Of a stretch of DNA of 64,000 nt, positions 50,385 to 61,773 are shown in pieces. The DNA is from Myxococcota bacterium. Its GTDB lineage: Bacteria; Myxococcota_A; UBA9160; UBA6930. A program made the translations under genes and the position numbers. The notes below the pieces were generated by a model. That model was not told where the DNA came from and made no database searches. It saw only the letters and a program-made list of their open reading frames with translations. Location of the stretch: NCBI GenBank assembly GCA_965223415.1, contig OZ245002.1:3712001-3776000 (forward strand). The letters run 5' to 3'. Each line of letters starts with the position of its first letter. The first letter of the stretch is position 1.

Positions 50385-51815
50385 ATGCCCCCCAGCTATC
50401 GCTACGACCGTCTCTCCGCCCAGGACAACAGCTTCCTCCTGAGCGAGACGCCGAACACCCACATGCACGTGGCCGGGCTGCAGATCTTCGAGCTCGGGGA
50501 CCTCGCCACTGAGCAGGGCGGCGTGGACATGGAGGCCATCAAGGCCAAGACCGAGGCGCTCCTCCACCTGATCCCGCGCTACCGGCAGAAGATCCAGTGG
50601 ACGCCGATCACCGAGGACCCGGTGTGGGTGGACGACGCGGACTTCAACCTCGACTACCACATGCGCCACACCAGCCTGCCGCGCCCCGGGAGCCTGGATC
50701 AGCTCAAGAAGCTGGCGGCCCGGGTGATGGCCCAGCAGCTCGACCGCGAGCGCCCGCTCTGGGAGATGTGGGTGGTCGAGGGCCTGCAGGGCGACCGCTT
50801 CGCGATGGTGAGCAAGATCCACCACTGCATGATCGACGGCATGAGCGGTGTCGACCTGGCCCAGATCCTGATGGACACGAAGCCGACGAAGGAGGTCCCG
50901 GAGCCCGTGCGCTACATCCCGAAGCCCGCGCCATCGGGGCAGGAGCTGCTGCGGGACGCGCTGACCCATCGCCTCGGCATGCCCTTCCGCGCCGTTCGCG
51001 GCTACCGGGAGTTCCGCAAGGAGACCGAGGACGCGAGTACGGAGATCCGTGTACGGCTGAGGGCGCTGGGCGACCTCGTGAACCAGGCGATGGATCCGCC
51101 GTCCGAGACGCCGATCAACGGGCCGCTCGGTCCCCACCGACGCTTCGACTGGCTCTCCATGCCCCTCGCCGAGGTGAAGGACGTGCGGCGCGCATCCGAG
51201 GCGACGGTGAACGACGTCGTGCTGAACACCGCCGCCGGCGCATTCCGCCGCTACATGCTTCACCGCAACTGCGATCCGGCCGAGATCCGCTTCCGCATCT
51301 CGGCGCCGGTCTCGATGCGCCGGGACGAGGAGAAGGGCAAGCTCGGTAATCGCGTCTCCACCTGGCAGGTCGACCTTCCCCTGGAGGAGGCCGATCCGGT
51401 CGAGCGGCTGCGGATGATCCACGAGACCACGCGGGAGCTGAAGGAGAACAACTCCGCCCTCGGCATCGAGATGATCATGCGGGTCGCGGAGTGGACGCCG
51501 CCGGTGCTGCTCTCCCTCGGCGCCCAGTCGATCGACGGAATGACGAACTCCATCATCACCAACGTGCCTGGGCCCCAGTTCCCCCTCTACATGCTCGGCG
51601 CGAAGCTCGTGGAGATGATGCCGGTCGTGCCGCTGCTCGCCGGCGTCGGCCTGGGCATCGCGCTCTTCAGCTACGACGGCAAGCTCACCTGGGGCATCAA
51701 CGCCGACTACAACCTCGTGCCCGACCTGCCGGTGTTCACGGGCATGGTGAAGGAGAGCTTCGTCGAGTTCGCCGAGGCGGTGGGAGTGGAGGTTCGGGGG
51801 GAGATGGCGGCCTAG
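50385..51815 (+). CDS. Wax ester synthase/diacylglycerol acyltransferase
   Basis: HHCMIDG, TVNDVVL, LGNRVS, TNVPGP. Confidence 0.95.
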   Translation: MPPSYRYDRLSAQDNSFLLSETPNTHMHVAGLQIFELGDLATEQGGVDMEAIKAKTEALLHLIPRYRQKIQWTPITEDPVWVDDADFNLDYHMRHTSLPRPGSLDQLKKLAARVMAQQLDRERPLWEMWVVEGLQGDRFAMVSKIHHCMIDGMSGVDLAQILMDTKPTKEVPEPVRYIPKPAPSGQELLRDALTHRLGMPFRAVRGYREFRKETEDASTEIRVRLRALGDLVNQAMDPPSETPINGPLGPHRRFDWLSMPLAEVKDVRRASEATVNDVVLNTAAGAFRRYMLHRNCDPAEIRFRISAPVSMRRDEEKGKLGNRVSTWQVDLPLEEADPVERLRMIHETTRELKENNSALGIEMIMRVAEWTPPVLLSLGAQSIDGMTNSIITNVPGPQFPLYMLGAKLVEMMPVVPLLAGVGLGIALFSYDGKLTWGINADYNLVPDLPVFTGMVKESFVEFAEAVGVEVRGEMAA

Positions 51816-51822
51816 GGTCGGG

Positions 51823-52040
51823 GGGTCGCTTCGCTTCCTGCTCGGCGGGGGTGCCGAGCGGCGGAGGCGGGGGCCGGCCGGGCTCCATGGCTCGCTGCGG
51901 CCTTCGAACGCGCGCGGACGGCGGGAGGACGCCGCGGGGGATGAGGGCGCGTACTCGAAGGCCTTGCTGCGCTTGACTTCCGCCCGTCCGGCCCCCACCC
52001 CCGCCGCCCCGCGATCCGCCTCGAGACGCGAAGCGGCGCC
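51823..52040 (+). repeat. Structured intergenic repeat, copy 1 (core 51883-51981)
   Basis: ctccatggctcgctg...ccttcgaacgcgcgcg...cgcg.actcgaagg.cttgctgcgc.tgacttccg shared with copies 2 and 3. Confidence 0.85.
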
Positions 52041-52041
52041 T

Positions 52042-52566
52042 CTACTCGTCCCCCCGCAGCTCCGGGAGCTGGTCGCGGTACCGGGAGCGGTAGGCGTTGG
52101 CCTCGGCGCGGGTGAAGCCGAGCTCGTCGGCGATGGCGAGGATCTCGCCGGACTCGGGGCCGGAGATGGTGCCGTCGGCAGCGGCGACGGCGTAGAGGCA
52201 CTCGAGGAGCTTCACCCGCTGGTCGCGGGTGGTGTGGCTGCGGAACTCTCGGGTGACCACGTAGTTCTCGGTGCCGCCGAGGAGTCGCGCCTGGCTCTTG
52301 GCGATCTCGACGACCAGGTCGGTCTCCTCGTCTCCCAGCTCGGCCAGCTCGTGGATGATGCGGCGCATGGCGTCCGCCTCTTCCGGCGCGATCTCGAGGT
52401 CCGCATGGGCGACGCGGGCGAGGACGTAGGCGAAGCCGGCCAGGAAGCGAGAGGTCTCCGGGTCCAGGCGCTCCAGGCGCTCGGCGATGGCGCGGACGGT
52501 GGCGGTCTCGCCCCCGTCGGGGCGATCGTCCTTGCCCCCGATCCCGAGGAAGCGCAGCAACGACAT
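52042..52566 (-). CDS. TerB-family protein
   Basis: VAHADLEI...E, LYAVAAADGTI...E..IADELG. Confidence 0.85.
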   Translation of the reverse strand: MSLLRFLGIGGKDDRPDGGETATVRAIAERLERLDPETSRFLAGFAYVLARVAHADLEIAPEEADAMRRIIHELAELGDEETDLVVEIAKSQARLLGGTENYVVTREFRSHTTRDQRVKLLECLYAVAAADGTISGPESGEILAIADELGFTRAEANAYRSRYRDQLPELRGDE

Positions 52567-52601
52567 GGCCCCGGATCCTAGAGCAAGGCTACGCTGGCGC
52601 C

Positions 52602-52967
52602 ATGAGCCTTCCCACCTCCGACGACGAGCTGGTCCTCCTCCACAACCCGCGCTGCTCGAAGAGCCGGGCGACGAAGGCACTCCTGGAAGAGCGCGGCGCG
52701 AGCTTCACCGAGCGTCTCTACCTGGAAGCGCCGCTCTCCCGCGAGGAGCTCGAGGATCTCGCCGCTCGCCTCGGCAAGCCGGTCGGCGAGTGGGTGCGCC
52801 GCAAGGAGGCGGCCTTCGGCGAAGCCGGCCTCCGGGGCGAGAGCTCCGACGCCGAGATTCTCGACGCCATGGTCGCCCACCCCATCCTGATGGAGCGCCC
52901 GATCCTCGTGCGCGGCAAGCGCGCGGCGGTCGGCCGGCCGCCGGAGGACGTGCTGGGGCTGCTCTAG
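52602..52967 (+). CDS. ArsC-family reductase-like protein (YfgD-type)
   Basis: HNPRCSKSR, HPILMERPI, GRPPE. Confidence 0.85.
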   Translation: MSLPTSDDELVLLHNPRCSKSRATKALLEERGASFTERLYLEAPLSREELEDLAARLGKPVGEWVRRKEAAFGEAGLRGESSDAEILDAMVAHPILMERPILVRGKRAAVGRPPEDVLGLL

Positions 52968-52996
52968 CCCCACGCCGAAGCACGACGGCGATTCGC

Positions 52997-53680
52997 CTAC
53001 CAGGCCTCGATCGGCTGGGTACAGCGCGACACTTCCAGCCCCTCGCGAGAGTGGCTCGTGTAGAGGCCGCACCCGCGCACGTGCGCCCGGTAGTCGTCGC
53101 GTTCGACCGCCGACACGTCGTCGAGGCGAGCCACGACGAGGCTGCCGACGCCCAGCCGTCCGTGTCGCTCGGCGTGGCGCAGGTCGGCAAGGAAGTGGGC
53201 GGGGTCGTGGGCGAGGAGGAGTAGATCGAAGCGACGGTGTAGGCTCGGAATGGCGTCGAGCACCGAGCAGGCGAGCACGTCGAGCCGGTCCGAGAGGGCG
53301 GCGTGGTCCGTGAGCTGTTGGAGACGGCTGCGGCGCCGGGGCGAGGGCTCCACCAGGGTGAGCCGTTCGTCGCCGCCGAGTGCGCGGGCGAGCCGGAGCG
53401 CCGCCTCGCCGCTGCCGGCCCCGAGCTGGAGGAAGGCTCGGAAGCCGGCGCTGCCCGCGACCTCCTCCAGGACGGCGCCGCGGCGGGGGCCGAGCACGCC
53501 CCGCTTCGCGCCTTCGCTGGCTCGCGAGAGGGCGTCCAGCAGGGTTTCGGCGTCTCGTTCGGGCGCCTCCCGGCAGGCGGCGGCCGCGAGCCGGTCGAGG
53601 GGGTGGGAGCTGGGGCGGAGCCGGCTTCGCAGCTGGTCACGGAGCCGGCGCCAGCCTGAGGCGGGCGCGGGGTCACTCAT
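52997..53680 (-). CDS. Catechol-O-methyltransferase-like protein (divergent)
   Basis: LQLGAGSG, FDLLLLAH, GSLVVA, DYRAHVR, GLEVS. Confidence 0.6.
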   Translation of the reverse strand: MSDPAPASGWRRLRDQLRSRLRPSSHPLDRLAAAACREAPERDAETLLDALSRASEGAKRGVLGPRRGAVLEEVAGSAGFRAFLQLGAGSGEAALRLARALGGDERLTLVEPSPRRRSRLQQLTDHAALSDRLDVLACSVLDAIPSLHRRFDLLLLAHDPAHFLADLRHAERHGRLGVGSLVVARLDDVSAVERDDYRAHVRGCGLYTSHSREGLEVSRCTQPIEAW

Positions 53681-53983
53681 CACGGGCGCTCGGGAGGTAC
53701 AGGGCGTGGACTCCATCGTGGGAGGCACCGGGGGATCCGCAAGCAGCGTGCCATCGGGCCGGCCGCGCGCATCCCGCCCGGCTGCAGCCGGTTGGCGGGT
53801 TCCCCCGCTGGACGGCTCCGGCCGTGCGCCCCGAAATGGGGTCCCCGGAAGCCTCACGCGAGGCGCGGCGCCCCTGTGTTCCGGTGACAGCCGCCGCCCG
53901 GGAGGGGCACGGGGCTTGCAGCCGACTCGCCACCGGGGAGGACGCCCGTGAAGAGGAGGAGGCGGCCACGCCCGACGAGGACG

Positions 53984-54811
53984 ATGATGATCAAGCACGA
54001 GCTCAACCAGGACTTCGAGTGGCGCAACCACCGCGGGCCCTTCCGACTGATCAGCGAGGACCAGGCCCGGCAGTTCGACGAGCAGGGATTCCTGGTCTTC
54101 CCCCAGGTCTTCTCTCCGGAGACGATCGACGCGCTCCTCGAGGAGCTCGACCCCCTCGAGAGGGAATTCGAGGAGCTGATCGACGCGCAGTTCGGCGGAC
54201 GGATGTTCATCGCCCGCTCCGGCGAGATCACCTTCACGCCCCACATGGTGACGCGCTCGCCGAGAGCGAAGGCGTTGACCCGCTGCGCCTTCTTCCGCGA
54301 CCTCGCGCACGACCTGCTCGGCGACGACGTGCGGCTCTACTGGGATCAGGCCGTGTACAAGAAGCCGGGAACGACCGACGGGTTCCCGTGGCACCAGGAC
54401 AACGGCTACACCTACGTCGACCCCCAGCAGTACCTCACCTGCTGGGTGGCGCTGACGGACGCCGACGAGGAGAACGGCTGCCCGGTCGTGGTCCCGGGCC
54501 TCCATCGGGAGGGAACCTGGGCCCACGAGCTGACCGATCTGGGCTTCGACTGCGGCGTCGACGAGGACGCCTGCGAGCTGATCGCCGCGCCGGCCCGCGC
54601 GGGCGACGTGGTGGTCTTCTCATCCCTCACGCCCCACAAGACCGGCCCGAACCGGACCGCGGATCGCCCCCGCAAGGCCTACATCGTGCAGTTCGCTCCG
54701 GACGGAGCCGCGGTCGTACAGAACGAGGGCGGCCGGCTGGCCCGGCACCCCTGCGAAGCTCCCGACCGCCAATATCCCATCCTCGTCGGCGGGCGGGCGC
54801 CGGGCGCCTGA
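53984..54811 (+). CDS. Phytanoyl-CoA dioxygenase (PhyH) family Fe/2OG enzyme
   Basis: WHQD, ENGC, GDVVVF..LTPH.TGPN...R. Confidence 0.92.
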   Translation: MMIKHELNQDFEWRNHRGPFRLISEDQARQFDEQGFLVFPQVFSPETIDALLEELDPLEREFEELIDAQFGGRMFIARSGEITFTPHMVTRSPRAKALTRCAFFRDLAHDLLGDDVRLYWDQAVYKKPGTTDGFPWHQDNGYTYVDPQQYLTCWVALTDADEENGCPVVVPGLHREGTWAHELTDLGFDCGVDEDACELIAAPARAGDVVVFSSLTPHKTGPNRTADRPRKAYIVQFAPDGAAVVQNEGGRLARHPCEAPDRQYPILVGGRAPGA

Positions 54812-54845
54812 AGTCTCCACGCACGCCTGCGAGGGCCCGGGTGGA

Positions 54846-55073
54846 TCAGCCGTCGCCCTCGCCGAAGGGCGAGCGCCCGGCCTCGATCGGGAGCACCTCC
54901 ACGTCGCCCGGCCTTCGGATCATGCGCAGGCCGAGTCGCGGGAAGTCGGCCACCTCCGGGTCCTTCGTCTCGCCGCCGCACACGGATCTCGGATTTCGGG
55001 TTCGCGGATGCGAGAACGATCCCTCCGCGGGACGCTCCGCCAGTCGAATCAGCGCCTTCGATGCGTGACTCAT
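54846..55073 (-). CDS. Small hypothetical protein
   Basis: ATG 10 bp after the flavoprotein stop on the same strand; no recognisable motif. Confidence 0.3.
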   Translation of the reverse strand: MSHASKALIRLAERPAEGSFSHPRTRNPRSVCGGETKDPEVADFPRLGLRMIRRPGDVEVLPIEAGRSPFGEGDG

Positions 55074-55083
55074 GTCCGGGCGT

Positions 55084-56618
<1,535 letters not shown>

Positions 56619-56622
<4 letters not shown>

Positions 56623-57347
56623 GCTTCTTCCTCCTCGCCGGTCGCCTCGTTCAGGGCCCGGCGGGCGATGATGGTGACGTAGGTGGTGACGCCGAGGGTG
56701 GCCAGCACACCGACCACGTTCAGGACGAGCCGGCCCACCTCGGCGCTCTCGGCGCTGCCGGCGGCGGCCGCCGTCTCGGTGGCCAGGAATCCCAGGTACA
56801 CGTAGAGGAAGGTGCCCGGGATCATTCCGAAACCCGCGACGACGTAGTCGAGCAGGCTCACCCGGGTGAGTCCGAGGGCGTAGTTGCCCAGGCTGAACGG
56901 GAAGACGGGAGTCAGCCGCAGCAGGAAGACGATCTTGCGCCCCTGCTCGCCGATGGCCCGGTCGATGGCGCCGAAGCGGGGCATGCCCTCGATGCGCTTC
57001 TCCACCGCGTCCCGCGCGACATAGCGAGCGACCAGGAAGGCCAGCGTCGATCCCAGGAGGGCCGCGATGAAGACGTAGAGCACGCCTTCGAGCAGGCCGA
57101 AGATCCCGCCGGCAGCCAGGGTGAGCAGCGCCGCCGGAGCGAAGGCGACCACGGCCAGCGCGTAGCCCACGATGAACACGATCGGTCCCAGCGGACCGAG
57201 ACCGGCCACCCAATCGCGGAAGGGCCCGATGCTATCGCCGAGCAGGCGCCCCAGCAGGATCAGCGCAACGAGGGCCGCGACGGCCGCCAGGATCCTGCCG
57301 ATCGGCGGCCCGCTGGGGGCGGTCTCGGGGGCCGGGCTCTCACTCAT
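56619..57347 (-). CDS. TVP38/TMEM64 (VTT/DedA-like) membrane protein
   Basis: LAAGGIFG, AFLVARY, LLRLTPVFPF, GMIPGT. Confidence 0.92.
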
Positions 57348-57466
57348 CGTGCGGCGCTCCATTCCGGGTCTGCGCGGGTCGATGCCGCGCCGCCGGGGAG
57401 GTTACGCCAGCACGCACTCCCGATCGGCCGCCGATCGGTTCGAGCGTACCGCCGCCGACGCGGCGT

Positions 57467-58432
57467 CTACGCCAATGCACCCCCGCAGCTGGAGCCCGCC
57501 CCGGCGGCGCAGCCGAAGCAATGGTCGCCCGTCGCCACCGGAAGACCGTCCAGCTCGCTCACGTCGTCGAGCTCGAAGAGCGAGCGCGGGCCCCGGAGCG
57601 GAAGGCCCAGGGCCTGGTTGAAGTCGCAGTCATAGAGACGGCCTTCCCAGGCGACCGAGAGCGTGCTGCGGCACATGAGGTGCGGAACCGTGTCCGGGTT
57701 GAAGTGATGGACGAGCAGGGATTGGTAGGCGTCCATCTCGCCGCGCCGCGCCAGGTCCCGGGCGAAGCGACGGATGGGCATGTTCGTGAGGGTGAGGAGG
57801 CGGTCGAAGCGAAGACCGAAGCGCTCGTCGAGCTCCCGTCGGTAGTCCGCCTCGAGCTCCGCCTGGTGCGGGGGAAGCGACGGGCCCTGGGGGTTGTAGA
57901 CCAGGTCCAGGCGCAGGCGGCCCTCGCCCGCCCCGTAGCCCAGAGCGTTCAAGCGCCGCAGTCCCTCGATGCTGCGCTCGAAGACGCACTTGCCGCGCTG
58001 ACCGTCCACGTTCTCGGCGGTGTAGCAGGGAAGGGAGGCGATCACGTCGGCGCCTTCCGCGGCCAGGAACCCGGCCGTGTCCTCCTGGCCCGGCTGGAAC
58101 AGGACGGTCAGGTTGCAGCGATCGATCACGCGGCGTCCCAGCCGTCGGGCGCCGCGCACCAGCTCCCGGAAGTGGGGGTTCAGCTCCGGGGCGCCGCCGG
58201 TGAGGTCCAGGGTGTCGAGCCGGGGGTCCGCCCCGAGGACGTCCAGCACCCGGCCGGCGAGGGCAGGCCCCAGGGCCTCGGTCCGCCTGGGCCCGGCCTC
58301 CACGTGGCAGTGGTGGCAGGCCAGGTCGCAGCGCAGGCCCACGTTCACCTGGAGGGTCGTCGCCGGCGCGCGCCGAAGGGCGGGCAGGCTCCGGCGGGTG
58401 AGCTCGGCGTCGAAGGAGACGGTCATCGTCAC
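57467..58432 (-). CDS. arsS: ArsS-family radical SAM / Cys-rich protein
   Basis: LQVNVG, CDLACHHC, DLTGGAPE, LPCY, YDCDFNQ, HCFGCAAGAGSSCGG. Confidence 0.88.
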   Translation of the reverse strand: MTMTVSFDAELTRRSLPALRRAPATTLQVNVGLRCDLACHHCHVEAGPRRTEALGPALAGRVLDVLGADPRLDTLDLTGGAPELNPHFRELVRGARRLGRRVIDRCNLTVLFQPGQEDTAGFLAAEGADVIASLPCYTAENVDGQRGKCVFERSIEGLRRLNALGYGAGEGRLRLDLVYNPQGPSLPPHQAELEADYRRELDERFGLRFDRLLTLTNMPIRRFARDLARRGEMDAYQSLLVHHFNPDTVPHLMCRSTLSVAWEGRLYDCDFNQALGLPLRGPRSLFELDDVSELDGLPVATGDHCFGCAAGAGSSCGGALA

Positions 58433-58467
58433 GGGGAGGATGCCGCTCCGGAGCGAAAGATTCCCCC

Positions 58468-58518
58468 TTGCCGGGTCGAAAAGTCCCAGGCTAGACTGAA
58501 CTGAACTTCATGTCAGTT
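58468..58518 (+). promoter_or_regulatory. Putative sigma70 promoter and TetR operator
   Basis: TTGCCG-18-TAGACT; inverted repeat aactga-N8-tcagtt (58499-58518) overlapping the start codon. Confidence 0.5.
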
Positions 58519-59124
58519 GCTGAATCTGACGTCAGGCCGGCCTCGGCCCCCGCCCGCAGCCGGGTGGCCACGCGCCGCCGTCTGGTCGAGGCCGCCACGG
58601 AACTGTTCGCCGCCCACGGGCTCCACGGGGTCACCAGCGCCCGCATTGCCCGGGCCGCCGGCGTGGCCACCGGGACCTTCTACCTCCATTTCAAGGACAA
58701 GCAGGAGCTCTTCCGGGAGATCGTCCTCACCGCCCTGGCCGAGCTGCGGGAGCGTCAGGACCGGGCGGCCGAAGGCAGCGCGCCCGGGAGCCGGGCCGAG
58801 CTCCGCGCCCGCCTGACCGAGCTGCTCGCCTTCGGCCAGGACCACGGCGACCTGATCCGGGTGGCCTTCGGCCGCGGTGCCGAGAGCACGACGATCGGCG
58901 ACGAGGTGATGGACCAGATCGTCCCCGGCCTGGAGCAGGCCTTCCTGGAGCGTCGCATCGCCGGGGAGCTCGAGCCCGAAGCCCACCCGGCCGTCGCCGC
59001 CCAGGCGGTTGCCGCCATGATGACCCGCGTGCTGGCCTGGTGGGTGGAAGACCCGACCCGCGCCAGCCGCGACGACGTGACCCGAACCCTGCTCGCCCTC
59101 CACCCGAGCCGCCCCCGACGTTAG
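58510..59124 (+). CDS. TetR/AcrR family regulator
   Basis: LFAAHG...IARAAGVATGTFYLHFKDK. Confidence 0.93.
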   Translation: MSVAESDVRPASAPARSRVATRRRLVEAATELFAAHGLHGVTSARIARAAGVATGTFYLHFKDKQELFREIVLTALAELRERQDRAAEGSAPGSRAELRARLTELLAFGQDHGDLIRVAFGRGAESTTIGDEVMDQIVPGLEQAFLERRIAGELEPEAHPAVAAQAVAAMMTRVLAWWVEDPTRASRDDVTRTLLALHPSRPRR

Positions 59125-59149
59125 GCGCCCCACGGAGAGAACCGCCCCC

Positions 59150-60262
59150 ATGGACGACATCAGGTACGACCCCATCTACAACACCGTCGATCGCGACGAT
59201 TTCCTCTCGCTCATCGACGTCGATCGCTACGCGGATCGCACCGACGCCTTCGACTCCATCATCTCGGCGACCCGCGACCACTTCTGGGACCCCACCGATC
59301 CCCAGTACATCGACTTCGACGCCGAGCCTTTCGACATCGAGCAGGAGCTCTTGATGCCGCGGGACTTCGTGGTCGAGCTCAACTGCGCCGTCGCCGACCG
59401 GCTCGACGAGAAGCAGCAGATCCGGCTCGCCAACGAGAGCACCCGCTTCTCCATGTCCTCGATCCTCCACGGCGAGCAGGGGGCGCTCTCCCTCTCCGCG
59501 AGCCTGTGCCACATCCTGAGGGATCCGGGCGCCCAGGAGTACGCGTCGAACCAGGCCCGCGAGGAGGCCCGCCACGTCACGGGCTTCGCCAAGTACATCC
59601 AGAAGCGCTGGGGCACGCCGATCGCCTGCGGCCCGACCCTCGCCAGCCTGATGGACGAGATCGTCCACTCCGGCCAGGTCTACAAGAAGCTGATCGGCAT
59701 GCAGATGCTGATCGAGGGCCTCGCGATGGGCGCCTTCGCCACCTTCCAGGCCAAGACGAACGATCCGACCCTTCGCAGGCTGATCCAGCTGACGATGAGC
59801 GACGAGGCCTTCCACCACCGCTTCGGGAAGATCTGGGCCGACCGGACCGTGCCCAAGCTGACGGAGGCGGAGCACGAGCAGGTCGAGGACTGGGCGGCCA
59901 AGTGCTTCCAGACGCTGCTGTTCAACCTCGTCAACTCGGAGCAGAAGCAGGCCATCTATCCGCAGTTCGGACTCGATTGGCAGTGGGTGCGCAGCGCCGT
60001 GCTCGAGGCCTTCACCGACGACGACCGGCGCAAGTCGATGACCGAGAGCACCAACATCTTCCGCGTCCTGATCAAGACCCTCCTCAAGGCCGGAATCATC
60101 ACCGACCGCACCAAGGATGTGTACGCCGCCTGGGTCGACATGAACGAGCTCAAGCGGGAGGACGACGAGGTCGCCGGGATCGAGGTTGCGGAGGCGGCGG
60201 TGGAGGAGCTTCGGGAGATCAACCGCAACCGGCGGGTGATGAGCAAGGCTCTGAGAGGCTAG
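59150..60262 (+). CDS. Ferritin-like diiron carboxylate protein
   Basis: HGEQGA, EEARH, IEGLA, DEAFHH. Confidence 0.85.
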   Translation: MDDIRYDPIYNTVDRDDFLSLIDVDRYADRTDAFDSIISATRDHFWDPTDPQYIDFDAEPFDIEQELLMPRDFVVELNCAVADRLDEKQQIRLANESTRFSMSSILHGEQGALSLSASLCHILRDPGAQEYASNQAREEARHVTGFAKYIQKRWGTPIACGPTLASLMDEIVHSGQVYKKLIGMQMLIEGLAMGAFATFQAKTNDPTLRRLIQLTMSDEAFHHRFGKIWADRTVPKLTEAEHEQVEDWAAKCFQTLLFNLVNSEQKQAIYPQFGLDWQWVRSAVLEAFTDDDRRKSMTESTNIFRVLIKTLLKAGIITDRTKDVYAAWVDMNELKREDDEVAGIEVAEAAVEELREINRNRRVMSKALRG

Positions 60263-60440
60263 GGCGCCGCTTCGCTTCTCGTGGCGGATCGCGGGGCGGC
60301 GGGGGGCCGGCGCTCCATGGCTCGCTGTGCCCTTCGAACGCGCGCGCACGGAGGTTGCCGAGCGCGCGGGCCCGAGGCGCGAACTCGAAGGGCTTGCTGC
60401 GCTTGACTTCCGCGCCGGCCCCCCGCCGCCCCGCGATCGC
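60263..60440 (+). repeat. Structured intergenic repeat, copy 2 (core 60313-60411)
   Basis: Same core as copy 1 with compensatory stem changes. Confidence 0.85.
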
Positions 60441-60600
60441 CGTAGGCGATCGCGAGACTCCGTCGACCTGGAGGGAGTAGGAGTGGAGGCGTGCGGGCAT
60501 CGCCTTCGGCTCGCCGCCCCGAGCCGGCTCCACGGTTCACTACCCGAGCGGGAGGCCGAGGGTTCCCGTGCCGGTGGGATCGGCGTCCGTCCGGGACGTG

Positions 60601-60794
60601 TCGGCGGGCGGTGGGGGTGGGGGCGGGACGGGCTCCATGGCTCGCTGCGCCCTTCGAACGCGCGCGCACGGATTGAGAACGCCGCGGGCCGCCCTGGGCG
60701 CGTACTCGAAGGCCTTGCTGCGCGTGACTTCCGCCCGTCCAGCCCCCACCCCCACCGCTCGGCAACACCCCCACAAGAGGAGCGAAGCGCCGCC
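60601..60794 (+). repeat. Structured intergenic repeat, copy 3 (core 60633-60732)
   Basis: Same core, 320 bp after the copy 2 core. Confidence 0.85.
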
Positions 60795-60860
60795 AGCCCC
60801 GGGCTGAAATTGGCAGGGGCACCGCTACAATCCCGCCCCCTTCCTGAGGAGATCCCCCAA

Positions 60861-61769
60861 ATGTCCGACGAGATCCGCTACGACGGCCGCGTGGCCGTCA
60901 TCACCGGCGCAGGCGGCGGCCTGGGCAAGACCTACGCCCTCGAGCTGGCGCGCCGCGGCGCCCAGGTGGTCGTGAACGACCTCGGCGGCTCTGCCGACGG
61001 GACCGGCGGCGGCAGCAGCATGGCCGACGAGACGGTCAAGCAGATCACCGAGGCCGGCGGCACGGCCGTGGCGAACTACGATTCGGTAGCCACGCCCGAA
61101 GGCGGCCAGGCGATCATCCAGACCGCCCTCGACAACTTCGGCAAGTGCGACATCGTGATCAACAACGCGGGCATCCTGCGCGACGCCTCCTTCGCGAAGC
61201 TCGAGCCCCAGAACCTCGAGATCGTACTGGACGTCCACCTGCGCGGCGCGTTCTACGTGAGCCAGCCGGCCTTCCGGGCGATGAAGGAGAACGGCTACGG
61301 CCGCTTCCTCTTCACCGCCTCCGCCGCCGGCATCTTCGGCAACTTCGGCCAGACCAACTACGGGGCGGCCAAGATGGGCCTGGTCGGGCTCAGCAACGTG
61401 CTGGCCATCGAGGGCGCGAAGTACGACATCAAGTCGAACGTGATCGCGCCGATCGCCAACACGCGCCTCACCAAGGAGCTACTCGGCCCGATCGCCGACA
61501 AGCTCGACCCGGAGTGCGTCACGCCGCTCAGCTGCTTCCTCGTTTCCGAGGCCTGCCAGCTGACCCATGAGGTCTTCTCGGTGGGCGGCGGCCGCTTCGC
61601 GCGCATCTTCGTCGGGCTCACGCCCGGCTGGAGCGCCGGCCCGGACGCCAAGCCCTCCATCGAGGAGGTGGCTGCCAACATGGACCAGATCCGCAACACC
61701 GACGACTACATCATCCCGACGAGCATCGCGGACGAGATGAAGGCCGTCGCCGAGATGCTGAAGGGCTAG
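60861..61769 (+). CDS. SDR 3-hydroxyacyl-CoA dehydrogenase (MFE-2/HSD17B4-like)
   Basis: TGAGGGLG, VVVNDLGG, NNAGILRD, GNFGQTNYGAAK. Confidence 0.92.
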   Translation: MSDEIRYDGRVAVITGAGGGLGKTYALELARRGAQVVVNDLGGSADGTGGGSSMADETVKQITEAGGTAVANYDSVATPEGGQAIIQTALDNFGKCDIVINNAGILRDASFAKLEPQNLEIVLDVHLRGAFYVSQPAFRAMKENGYGRFLFTASAAGIFGNFGQTNYGAAKMGLVGLSNVLAIEGAKYDIKSNVIAPIANTRLTKELLGPIADKLDPECVTPLSCFLVSEACQLTHEVFSVGGGRFARIFVGLTPGWSAGPDAKPSIEEVAANMDQIRNTDDYIIPTSIADEMKAVAEMLKG

Positions 61770-61773
61770 CGCG

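Noticed and set aside
57467..58432. Selenoprotein form of ArsS
   Set aside because: The ORF is open with Cys at LPCY and SSCGG; there is no in-frame TGA to recode.
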